Shown here piece after piece: positions 9,976 through 22,786 of a stretch of 32,000 bases of DNA; within the stretch, counting starts at the first letter, position 1, and each line of letters opens with the position of its first letter. The notes beneath the pieces were generated by a model that saw nothing but the letters and a program-made list of their open reading frames with translations, ran no database searches and was not told where the DNA came from. The stretch is taken from sequence record OZ330338.1. One strand, given 5' to 3'. A program made the translations under genes and the position numbers.

Positions 9976-11436
9976 TGAGTAATAATAATCAACACTATTA
10001 ACTCTCTATTTATTAATTATTGCATAGGTAGACACAGATACACATAATCACTTTTTCTTTATAAAAAATAATAATAACTTTACTATAATTAAATATTATA
10101 AAACCATAATAATAAACCAAATTTATAATCTACAAATAAAATATTATTCTACTAATTCGCAAGCGCTAAATAAAGAGCCTTATTTTATTAGCGAGCAAAA
10201 TAATAATATTGATTATTTTAAAATAATGAATGTAATTAGTGGTTGTATACTTAGGAGATGGACATATTCAACGACAAACGAAAAATAATAATGGTCGTTA
10301 TATAATATCAATAAAAGCTTCTAATAAAGATTATATACTATTTCTTAAAGATAAAGTATTTTATCCTTTCTTTTCAATAACTAGGAAAATCAAATCTTAT
10401 TCCTTATCCTAATCCTAGTCTAGCAAAAAATAAAGATAAAGAAGTAAAACAATATTTTTTTTGTACTCAAAGTAATGAATTTTTTACTCATCTTCATGAA
10501 ATATGGTATAAATGAGATAATAATCTACAAAAATATAATAAAGTAATTCCTTTTAATATTAAAGAAATAATAAGTATAGAATCTATTATTCATTGAATTA
10601 TTCAAGATGGCTATTTTGATAATAATGGACGTACTCAAACAACTATTCTATGTACAGAATCTTTTACGAAAATAGAATGTAATCTACTACAAGAAGTTCT
10701 AATAACTTTTAGTATTAAAAGTACTCTAAAAGTACGTAATAAACATAAAAATACATATCGTATTCGAATTAGTAAAAAAAGTATACCTATTCTAGTAAAC
10801 CTAGTTAAAGATAGTATACCTAGCACATATCATTACAAAATTGGTGTTTATTTAAATTGTTGGGCCTTCCTTAAACTTCACTATATGCTGGAACAACCTA
10901 AAGCAATCATTACTATATAATTTATATATATATTATAAATAAAATATAGTAACAATATGATTGATATTTTCTTTTTTATTTCTATTTTCATTTTATTATA
11001 ATAAATAGAAAAATACAAAGAAATAATGGATAATCAGCAGGAAAAAACAATGTATATATAAAAATGATTATATATATAATTTGATCCTCAGAGACTAAAC
11101 GTGAAGCTATTTATTTATAGAATAATTTATTTTATAATTACAAAAATTGCGAAATAAATACATTCTTTTTTTTATTCTATAGTAAAGCTATCAATTATTA
11201 TTATATAGTAATTGATAAAAAGGAATAATAAAATTAAAAAATAAATAGAATATATAGTCCAATCAAATGATGAAAGTCATTTGTATTATTTAATTTCAGT
11301 GTTGAGAAAATTAAATATAAATTAAGTATATTTATAGTATTGAAGCTATTAAAACTTCTAGCTTCATTTTTATGTATATTTAATAGAGTTTTATAAAAAG
11401 TATATACTATATATTCTTTATAAAATAGTAAAATTG
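9976..11436 (+). mobile_element. Group I intron in nad5 (contains a degenerate LAGLIDADG ORF)
   Basis: It interrupts the conserved ..AMEG|PTPVSALIHAATLV.. junction. Classical group I core elements occur in order: P-like ATATGCTGGAACA (10883-10895), Q AATCAGCAGG (11032-11041), R CCTCAGAGACTAAACG (11086-11102) and S TATAGTCCAATC (11253-11264). The last intron base is G. Confidence 0.88.
10226..10920 (+). pseudogene. Eroded LAGLIDADG (LAGLIDADG_2-like) homing endonuclease ORF
   Basis: Motif 1 (LVVVYLGDGHIQRQ..) is in the frame opening at 10236, directly after a TAA and out of frame with the ATG at 10226. Motif 2 and the C-terminal part (..HEIWYKWDNN..IIHWIIQDGYFDNNGRTQ..RIRISKKSIPILV..YHYKIG) are in a different frame opening at 10381. 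At least one frameshift therefore lies between 10381 and 10412, and probably a second near 10230-10255. Confidence 0.8.
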
Positions 11437-12747
11437 CCAACACCAGTAAGTGCACTAATTCATGCTGCTACACTAGTTACAGCTGGAGTTTATCTAATGC
11501 TACGATCTAGTCCTATTCTAGAATATAGTAATACAGTACTAATTACAATTACATTTGTAGGGTCAATTACAGCATTTTTTGCATGTACTACAGGTCTACT
11601 ACAAAATGATCTTAAACGAGTAATTGCTTATTCAACTTGTAGTCAAATAGGTTACCTATTTATAAGTACTGGACTAAGTCAATATAATGTTGCACTATTT
11701 CATCTAGTTAATCATGCATTTTTTAAAGCACTACTCTTTCTAAGTGCTGGAGCTGTACTACATGCTACTTATGATGAACAAGATCAACGAAAACTAGGTG
11801 GTCTAATTGGTTTTCTACCATTTTCATATACAAGTATTCTAATTGGTTCACTTAGTCTAATAGCAATTCCTTTTATAACAGGATTTTATAGTAAAGATCT
11901 AATTCTAGAACTTAGCTATTCACAATATACATTTAAAGGTATAATTGCATATTATCTAGGTACAATTAGTGCATTTGTAACAGCATTTTATAGTCTACGA
12001 CTAATTAGTATAACATTTCTAACTTATCCTAATGCTAATAAAAATATATATCTTAATGCACATGATGCCCCAACTATTGTTATGTTTTGTCTAATAATTC
12101 TAAGTATACTAGCTATTTTTTTTGGTTATATTACACGTGATATATATGTTGGTATTGCTAATGATTTTTTTAATGATGCTCTATTTATTTCACCTATAAA
12201 CGTTACAATAGTTGAAGCTGAATTTGGTGTTAATCAAACTGTTAAACTAATGCCACTTTATGCTACTATAACTGGTGCTATTCTAGCATTTTATCTTTAT
12301 CATAATAATAATTCAAAAAATAATACTAATAATGCCTATTTTGTAAATCTATTTTCAAATAATAATGTATTTATTAAAATGCTATATCGATTTTTTAATG
12401 GTAAATATTATTTTGATGTTATTTACAATAATTATATTATTAATAATAGTCTTAAAATAGGTTATAATACTAGTAAAGTACTAGATCGAGGTGCTATTGA
12501 AATAGTAGGTCCTCAAGGACTACAAAATAAACTTCTAGAAACAAGTTTTAATATTGGTAAAATAGATACAGGTAATACAGTACTTTATGCACTTATAATG
12601 ATGATTAGCCTAGTTCTAATTATTTATGCCTCATTTATCTCAAAACTATCTATAATTGAAATCCCATTTTCTCAAGATCTAGCACTAGTACTTCTAAGTA
12701 CTCTATTTATAATGATGTTTATTACTAATTCAAAAAAACTATTGTAA
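11437..12747 (+). CDS. nad5: NADH dehydrogenase subunit 5, exon 2
   Basis: It starts PTPVSALIHAATLVTAGVYLM. The track ORF begins 3 nt earlier at a TTG that is intron sequence. Exon 1 (717 nt) and exon 2 (1311 nt) are both in frame. There is an Asn-rich insertion near 12298-12345. Confidence 0.93.
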   Translation, partial: PTPVSALIHAATLVTAGVYLMLRSSPILEYSNTVLITITFVGSITAFFACTTGLLQNDLKRVIAYSTCSQIGYLFISTGLSQYNVALFHLVNHAFFKALLFLSAGAVLHATYDEQDQRKLGGLIGFLPFSYTSILIGSLSLIAIPFITGFYSKDLILELSYSQYTFKGIIAYYLGTISAFVTAFYSLRLISITFLTYPNANKNIYLNAHDAPTIVMFCLIILSILAIFFGYITRDIYVGIANDFFNDALFISPINVTIVEAEFGVNQTVKLMPLYATITGAILAFYLYHNNNSKNNTNNAYFVNLFSNNNVFIKMLYRFFNGKYYFDVIYNNYIINNSLKIGYNTSKVLDRGAIEIVGPQGLQNKLLETSFNIGKIDTGNTVLYALIMMISLVLIIYASFISKLSIIEIPFSQDLALVLLSTLFIMMFITNSKKLL

Positions 12748-13099
12748 TTTTGCTATAAATAAAATAATACTAATTTATACCTACACTAGCTTCACTACTA
12801 CCCTATTTTATGAATTGAAACCACTTTTTATACTTTTTTACAGATCCTCATTTTGACCATTAAAATCGTTAAAAAAACGAATATACGCTACAATAGAGAA
12901 GATAGCTAGAAAATGGTATCAATGGTAAGTTTTATCATTGTTAAATAGGTGCAGAATAGTAATGGGACCTAAAAAAGTGTAATTAACGTATTTTATTTGA
13001 TAATAGTATTGTTATAAATAGTGTTATATATACGCTTGATAATACTATTTTTACTACTAATAGTATTCTCTATAATAATATTACTTTTTACTAATATTA

Positions 13100-13216
13100 T
13101 ATATTTATATATTTATAATATCTATATATTTATATATATATTTATATATTTATATATTTATATATAAGATAACAATACTATATTGTTATTGTTATTGTTA
13201 TTGTTATTGTTATTGT
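13100..13216. repeat. AT microsatellite (TATATATTTA-like) followed by (TATTGT)x6
   Basis: TATTGT is repeated six times at 13181-13216. It is preceded by degenerate TATATATTTA repeats at about 13100-13166. Confidence 0.85.
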
Positions 13217-13513
13217 GTTCTTTATATCAACAATAGCACTTATTAACTATTATAAAAGTAATTATTAATAATAAAGTTAAAATATCTTTATTTTATTATA
13301 TTTAATACAACGAATAATATATATATATATATATAGTTAAGAAAACATATGTTATTGCTACACAAATAATATCTATTAAATAGATAATATAAGTTACACA
13401 TATATATAAACTTATTATTTAATGTCCTTCCGTCTATTCATACTTATTAGCTGGATACTAGTAATACCACTTTCTTACATTGCATAATTGGCATGAATAG
13501 GTAAGTTGGATGC

Positions 13514-13558
13514 AAAAAGTATATTAGTTGTAGTTGCGAAGCTACTACTACAACTATT
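13514..13558. repeat. 45-bp dispersed exact repeat, copy 1 (copy 2 at 24751-24795)
   Basis: AAAAAGTATATTAGTTGTAGTTGCGAAGCTACTACTACAACTATT is identical at both sites. It contains an imperfect long hairpin, TAGTTGTAGT..ACTACAACTA. Confidence 0.88.
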
Positions 13559-13697
13559 CTTTTTTCTTTTCTGAGTTATTATTAGCTTTGCTATAATTAG
13601 AGAATAAGAATAAAATATTAGTACAAATATTACTTGTATCGTTAGGTATGATTTTTATAACTTTTATTTTAATGTAAATTTTCTATTTAATAAATTA

Positions 13698-13769
13698 GCG
13701 TCTTAGTGTAAAGGTACAGCACATCAGACTCATGATCTGTTAGACCAGTGTTCGAATCCTGGGGACGCT
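13698..13769 (+). tRNA. trnM: tRNA-Met-type (anticodon CAU; initiator, elongator or Ile-lysidine not distinguishable)
   Basis: Acceptor GCGTCTT/GGGACGC, D stem TGTA/TACA, anticodon stem (T)CAGA/TCTG(T) with loop CTCATGA. The T arm contains TTCGAAT, but its stem (CCAGTG / CCTGG) needs a bulge. Confidence 0.75.
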
Positions 13770-14111
13770 CTTCTTTTTTTCTTTTATAATAAATTAATAT
13801 AAATAAACATACAAAAATTTATAAATTGAAATAATAGCACACTTGAAAAAAAGTTGAAGCTGAAAAATAATAATTATTAATTAATAAAATATAGTGCTGC
13901 TTTGCAGGCTACCTATATTATAATATTATAAAATATTTATTTTGCAATTATTTAATCCTATAAAAATAGTAATAATATTTATATTTATAAACATATAGTA
14001 ATAGTAATCAACTTTTTTTAACTATTTTTCTAGCTACTATCAATAGTAAAGCTAGTATTAAAATTATCATTATTTGCCGCAAATATATATATATTTGCGA
14101 ATAATAGTAAA

Positions 14112-14182
14112 GGTCTCTTAGTTTAGTGGAAAAACGGTAGATCTTCATTCTAAAATCAGGCGTTCAATTCGCCTAGAGATCA
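14112..14182 (+). tRNA. trnE: tRNA-Glu candidate (anticodon UUC) with atypical C33
   Basis: Acceptor GGTCTCT/AGAGATC is perfect, D stem GTTT/AAAC, T arm AGGCG-TTCAATT-CGCCT. Anticodon stem (G)TAGA/TCTA(A) with the 7-nt loop TCTTCAT puts UUC at positions 34-36, but position 33 is C. Confidence 0.65.
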
Positions 14183-14561
14183 TATTAAAATTGATTAATT
14201 TTAAAGTCTAATAGTTGCAATTTTTATAATTTTTTTATTGATAATTTTATCATTTTTCGCAATAATTTTATTCTATACGCTTTTCGTCTACCCTCACCCA
14301 TTAAATGTCTGTATGAAAACTCTTTCTCTTTTTTTTGTTTCCTCTTGTCCTGTTTACACTAAACTTAGTAGAAATTTAAAATGGATTTCCCTTGTTCATT
14401 GTTGAAATTAATTTAAAAAAGTACTTATGGTTACTTGTGTAATGTGGATATTTGGTTTGCAGTGAAAAAACTGAATTTTGCTGAAGTTAATACCAATTAT
14501 TAAATGAGTGTAGAAGTCTTAAAAAAGCACTAGAATTTAATATTAGAAATAAAGATTTTTA

Positions 14562-14632
14562 GTCGACTTAGTTTAGAGGTAAAACAATTAATTTGTAATT
14601 AATGGACACTAGTTCAATTCTAGTAGTCGGCA
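14562..14632 (+). tRNA. trnT: tRNA-Thr (anticodon UGU)
   Basis: Acceptor GTCGACT/AGTCGGC, anticodon stem ATTAA/TTAAT with loop TTTGTAA, T arm ACTAG-TTCAATT-CTAGT. Confidence 0.92.
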
Positions 14633-14638
14633 AAAAAA

Positions 14639-14709
14639 TAAGATGTCGTCTAAAGGTAAGACACCGTGTTTTGATCGCGGCTATAATTGTTCAATTCAAT
14701 TCATCTTAG
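14639..14709 (+). tRNA. trnQ: tRNA-Gln (anticodon UUG)
   Basis: Acceptor TAAGATG/CATCTTA, D stem GTCT/AGAC, anticodon stem CCGTG/CGCGG with loop TTTTGAT, T arm AATTG-TTCAATT-CAATT. It lies 6 nt after trnT. Confidence 0.9.
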
Positions 14710-14900
14710 TTATAAATTGCAAAAAAGAAATAAATAAATTCTTTCTATTGCTCAATAAGTGGTGATGTGTTGCTTGCTTTGCTAGCACTACTATTACTTA
14801 TTTATACTACCTATAATAAATTACTGTCCACACTCCATACAAATACCGATTTGTAAATTTGTATTAAGTCTAGTATAGCAATGGCTCCTTGCTCCAGCAT

Positions 14901-14926
14901 GGCCCTCCCCCAGGGCGGAGGGCGGG
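14901..14926. repeat. Isolated GC cluster with hairpin potential
   Basis: GGCCCTCCCCCAGGGCGGAGGGCGGG. CCCTCC (14903-14908) is the reverse complement of GGAGGG (14917-14922). It is by far the most GC-rich stretch in the window. Confidence 0.8.
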
Positions 14927-15091
14927 AGAACTCTTTTATCCTAGTAATGAACAACAACTTTTATGTAAACTAGGAAAAAAATATAAATATTTATATAGTG
15001 TTGTTTTACAGGCGAAGCAATGGGGCTATAATAGTGTATTATTTTATTTATATTATTATTAATAAGTTATTGTAATATTGTTATAAATATA

Positions 15092-15164
15092 GGAGGATTA
15101 CAGGGTTCGAACCTGTGACTAAATGATTAAAAGTCATCTACTCTACCTACTGAGTTAAATCCTC
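15092..15164 (-). tRNA. trnK: tRNA-Lys (anticodon UUU)
   Basis: On the reverse complement: acceptor GAGGATT/AATCCTC, anticodon stem GATGA/TCATT with loop CTTTTAA, T arm ACAGG-TTCGAAC-CCTGT. It is the only minus-strand gene inside the plus-strand block. Confidence 0.92.
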
Positions 15165-15440
15165 TTGTGTAAATACTACTAACAAAAAATAATATTAATA
15201 TATAGTAATAAGTTTATTTTAATTTAATTTGTAAAAAAGTCTTTCTAGCTACCTTCGTAGCGTATTCACTATTTTTAAAGTTGGAAACTTATTTAAACTT
15301 TTTTATTTTTTCTATTTTTTTTTTTAAACAATATAATATAGTATAAAAAAGAAGAGGTACAATAAAAAAGAAAATTATGAATTGAATGAAATATTATTAT
15401 TTTGTAGTATAATTAATAATATTATGATTTTATTTATTAA

Positions 15441-15527
15441 GGACAAACAGCTATAGGTGTGGTAAAGGCGATTGCTAATTGTCTGGAATTTTAGTTTTCC
15501 TTAGGAGTTCGACTCTCCTTTTGTCCG
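15441..15527 (+). tRNA. trnS: tRNA-Ser (anticodon GCU), long variable arm
   Basis: Acceptor GGACAAA/TTTGTCC, anticodon stem GGCGA/TTGTC with loop TTGCTAA, long variable arm, T arm AGGAG-TTCGACT-CTCCT. Confidence 0.9.
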
Positions 15528-15545
15528 TTTTAAAAATTAAGTCAA

Positions 15546-15613
<68 letters not shown>

Positions 15614-16326
15614 TATAATTACTATATGTTCTATTGTAAAATTTTTCAATAAAATTAGTTAGTGATTGTGGAATCTACACCCATTTTTTTATTAATATAC
15701 ATCTTTATATTTATTCTAGTTACCCTATCAAAGAAAATAATGTATAAATAGTTATGTATTTATATTTATATATGTATATATCTATAGGTATGTTACTTAT
15801 AACATATATTATTACTAAAATTACTTTTATAATAGTTATATTAATAAAGCATATATGCCTTTTATAAATATGCTATCAAATAGTATTTGATATTGTTTAA
15901 AAAAAAAGTAATTTATATTGTAATTTACTTAGCTTCAATAATTTTAAAATAAGAGTATAAGTACTATTTCTAACTAAAAAAAAGTAAAGTAAAGTAAAAA
16001 ATTTTTAGTTATAATATAATAATTTCTTTATAATATTCTTCTAGTAAATAAAGAAAGATATCGTTATAAAAAATATTTTTTATTAACTTAGTAACAAAAT
16101 ATCTTGTGCACACATCCTTATTTATTAAGTATGTTAATATATAAAAATATACAAATATATTTCTAAATAAATATATATATATATATGTGTATAAAATAAT
16201 ATAAAAAATAATATAATTAATAATAGCTTGACTAAATTCATTGTTTTTAGTCATTTATTGTCTAAAAATTACAAAATAAAGTTATAAAAACTAATTAACA
16301 AATAAATCTATATTAGAACATCTTAA

Positions 16327-19162
<2,836 letters not shown>

Positions 19163-20276
19163 AATAAAATTATTTTTAAAATTACACAAAAAAGAAAAAA
19201 TTGCAACTAAAAGTCTGCAGGCTATTTAGCAAATGCAGCAATATTTTCTGTTGAAAAATACAAACTATTACTTTTATGCAAAATAGTCATTTTTTTTTAT
19301 AGTAAGAAAAATATACACAATTTTATAATAATTACATTATTATTGTTTACTTATAAAATAATAAATGTTGTCATTGTAGTTAAAGTATCTATCTATTACG
19401 AAAATAACACTGTTTTATATATAAATATAAAATATATTTTTGTGTAATTTTTTCACAATTTTTCATAGATGTAAAATTAAAATTTTAAAATAGAAATAGA
19501 AATAGTAATAGAAATTTATATATAAGTAACTATGGAATAAAAGATTTTTTATCACAATAATGGTAAAAATATCACTTTTTCTTCAAAAATATACTAAAAT
19601 AGTTTAGGTTTATTATTCACTTTTTTTATACTTACAATATAGTAGTTATTAAACTTATTTTAATGATAATAATATATGCATAAATAGCGAAGCTAGTATA
19701 AATAGTAATAAAAATAATATTATTTTAGCAATCTAGTAAGGAAAAAACCAGTAGTATTTTTTTACTTTGACTACTAAATATATTTTAAATTAACAATATA
19801 TCAATGTAAATATAATATAATAGAAATTATTTATATTCATTTAAAAGTAAATAAATAATGTTCTTATTTAAATTTATAGCTATGAAAAAAAAAATAAAAA
19901 TTATTTTGTTTTATTATACAAACTCATATTCCAATCGGATTTATCAAAGGATACATTTACTATTTTTTTTGCGATTAATTTATAATTTTATAAATTGCAA
20001 TTAACTTTCTACTCAGCATAGAAGTTGATTAATATCAGTTTATACTAGAAGAAAATATATGAAGTGCTATACTGTAGCTGGGTATTAATAAGAGTTAATA
20101 TAAAAAATAGAAAAGGTACTGCGGTATCACCCGCCGATTAATTAAAGAGTTTAAATAGATTATCAATCTAAAACATTAACTTATTTTATAATTAAAATAA
20201 TGAATAATATAGGTTAAATGTTTAAAGTATATATATAAATATATAAATAATTATTTAACAATTTTATTTACTACAA

Positions 20277-21473
20277 ATGCGACTACTTAAAACACACCCT
20301 ATTCTAGGTCTAGCAAACAGTTATCTAGTAGATAGTCCACAACCAGCTAATATTAGTTATATGTGGAATTTTGGAAGTCTACTAGGAGCATGTCTAATTA
20401 TTCAAATTCTAACAGGAGTATTTCTAGCTATGCATTATACACCTAGTGTTGATCTAGCTTTTGTTAGTGTAGAACATATTATGCGTGATGTAAATTATGG
20501 ATGGATGATTCGATATCTACATGCCAATACAGCATCATTTTTCTTTATTTTTGTATATCTACATATTGCTCGAGGTCTTTATTACGGTAGTTATAAATCA
20601 CCTCGTACAGCTACATGGACACTAGGAGTTTTCATTCTTATTCTTATGATAGCAATTGCATTTCTAGGTTATGTACTTCCTTATGGACAAATGTCACTAT
20701 GGGGTGCTACAGTAATTACTAATCTTCTTAGTGCTATTCCATGGATTGGACAAGATTTTGTAGAATTTGTTTGGGGTGGATTTAGTGTTAATAATGCTAC
20801 ACTAAATCGATTCTTTTCACTACATTATCTACTACCTTTTGTACTAGCTGCTCTAGTAGCTATGCATCTTCTAACACTACATGAACATGGTAGTGGTAAT
20901 CCACTAGGACTAAGTGGTAATACAGATCGACTGCCATTTCATCCTTATTTTACATTTAAAGATCTAGTAACTATTTTTGTATTTCTACTACTTCTTTCTA
21001 CTTTTGTATTTTATATGCCTAATGTTCTAGGTCATTCAGATAATTATATTCCAGCTAATCCTATGCAAACACCAGCATCAATTGTACCTGAATGGTATCT
21101 TCTACCATTTTATGCAATTCTACGATCAATTCCTTCAAAACTAATTGGAGTACTAGCAATGTTTGGTTCACTACTAATTCTTCTTGTAATGCCAATTCTG
21201 GATACAAGTCGACTACGAGGAAGTGAATTCCGACCTCTAATGAAATTTTGTTTTTTTGCTCTAGTAGCTGATTTCTTTATTCTAATGTATATTGGTAGTC
21301 AACATGTTGAAAGCCCATATATTGAAATTGGTCAAATTGCTACAGCATTTTATTTTGGTTGGTTTGTAATTATTCTACCACTAGTAGGTATTCTTGAAAA
21401 TACTCTAATAGATATTGCACTAAGTGAAGATAATAACACAAGTAATGTCACAACAAAACCCATTATTAACTAA
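20277..21473 (+). CDS. cob: Apocytochrome b (intronless)
   Basis: 398-aa [54 protein letters not shown]. Confidence 0.98.
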   Translation: MRLLKTHPILGLANSYLVDSPQPANISYMWNFGSLLGACLIIQILTGVFLAMHYTPSVDLAFVSVEHIMRDVNYGWMIRYLHANTASFFFIFVYLHIARGLYYGSYKSPRTATWTLGVFILILMIAIAFLGYVLPYGQMSLWGATVITNLLSAIPWIGQDFVEFVWGGFSVNNATLNRFFSLHYLLPFVLAALVAMHLLTLHEHGSGNPLGLSGNTDRLPFHPYFTFKDLVTIFVFLLLLSTFVFYMPNVLGHSDNYIPANPMQTPASIVPEWYLLPFYAILRSIPSKLIGVLAMFGSLLILLVMPILDTSRLRGSEFRPLMKFCFFALVADFFILMYIGSQHVESPYIEIGQIATAFYFGWFVIILPLVGILENTLIDIALSEDNNTSNVTTKPIIN

Positions 21474-22437
21474 TTACAATAATGCTAAAAAAAATAATTA
21501 TATATACTAATTATTTTACTATTTTATTATAAGATAACTTAACTTTTAAAATTTAAAGAAAATAAAAATGAAAATTGCGAATGAATAAAAAAACAGATAG
21601 CTCTAGCCCACTTTTAACTGGCTCTATACTCTTTAAAACTAACTAAAGTCGGTAGAAAGGACAGTACATTTTTCCATACTACAACTATTCATTGCTGCTT
21701 TGCAGCCCCCCCGAAGTAAACGGCGTCTATTGATTTGCAGCATTAAACTTCCCTAGTAAGCAAGGTTTTCCTGCCCTCTCGCCCAATTGGAAAAATGGCT
21801 ACAGTTATCTCTGTGTAAACAAAGCAGGCAAAGAACAATATACAGGGCTAAACAGGCTTAGGCCATTTCCAATAAATATACATATCGTTTTTCTAAGAAT
21901 TATATTCTTTTGTATATTTTATATTTTATATTTTATATGAAAAATTATGTATTGGATATTATACTTTTGAATCATTGATTATAATAAATATAACATTAAT
22001 ATATATACATTCCTTTTAACATCATTAAATTTTTATATGTTTGTACCAATGAAATTTCTATTTAATGAATAGTCAATGATTAATAATATAGAATTAATAT
22101 CAAATATTTTATCATTTAATGTTTACACACTTTACTGATTAATACTAGATTAGATAGTTAATAATAAAATATTTATCTATTTTTATCAATAGTAAAAATT
22201 TGGTAATAAAATAAGCATTTATTTTATATATATATTAGTTTGTTATAGCTAGGAAAATATATATTTCGCAATTTTTTAAATAAACAGACTAGGTTTGCTA
22301 CTACTAAATTAACTAATTTATTATTTTTACGAAAGATACTGTAAAAAAGAAGCTGAATAACGTTATATAGTAATTCTAAATTACTACGTAACTAGCTTCG
22401 CCACCCTTTTTCCTCTATTTTATTATATCTAGTGATA

Positions 22438-22571
22438 GCTGTAATATTACTGCTAGTATTTTATTTAGTAGAAAATTAGAGATAAAAGAGTTTTGTTAAG
22501 TTGTGTTAAAAAATAGTTATCAACTTTATTATGCTAGCTATACTTTATGGCTGTAATATTACTGCTAGTAT
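22438..22571. repeat. 22-bp direct repeat GCTGTAATATTACTGCTAGTAT (22438-22459 and 22550-22571)
   Basis: Both copies were read directly and are identical. Confidence 0.85.
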
Positions 22572-22590
22572 ATAAATCTATACTATTTTA

Positions 22591-22639
22591 TAGCTACTTT
22601 CTCTATTGTATAGCTACCTTCTCTATTGTAGCGTATATT
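22591..22639 (+). repeat. Dispersed hairpin element TAGCTAC(Y)TTCTCTATTGTA, two tandem units followed by GCGTATATT
   Basis: Units lie at 22591-22610 and 22611-22630. The second unit, together with GTAGCGTA, gives the GCTAC..GTAGC stem-loop shared by at least 9 other sites (see findings). Confidence 0.85.
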
Positions 22640-22768
22640 TGTATTTTTATAGTACAAATTATTAGAATATTATATAAGTAGTACAAGTATATTATTTCTA
22701 TATACTATTAATAAAGTAGTCAAGATAACATAAAATCATTTTTTAACAATTATTTTGTAGCGTAACTA

Positions 22769-22786
22769 GCGCACTGCGCAGTGCGC
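22769..22786. repeat. 18-bp perfect GC-rich palindrome GCGCACTGCGCAGTGCGC
   Basis: It is self-complementary when read on either strand. It is related to (GCGCAGT)x3 at 25155-25175 and to CTGCGCAGTAT at ~24811-24821. Confidence 0.88.

Noticed and set aside
10635-11455. Track ORFs 10635-10826 (-) and 11234-11455 (-)
   Set aside because: They are antisense to the nad5 intron ORF remnant and to the intron 3' end and exon 2 start. I treat them as AT-rich chance ORFs.
16009-16254. Track ORF 16009-16254 (-), upstream of cox1
   Set aside because: It is a pure low-complexity Ile/Tyr/Asn/Phe peptide from AT-rich spacer containing (TA)n. There is no supporting signal.
21640-21870. Possible mitochondrial RNase P RNA (rnpB) in the GC-richer region after cob (AAAGTCGG.. 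and ..ACAGGCTTAGG)
   Set aside because: I could not find the conserved P4 pairing partners (GGAAAGTC-type CR-I together with ACAGAA..GGCTTA-type CR-V) in proper form or spacing. The resemblance is limited to a few bases. A covariance-model search would be needed before making this call.
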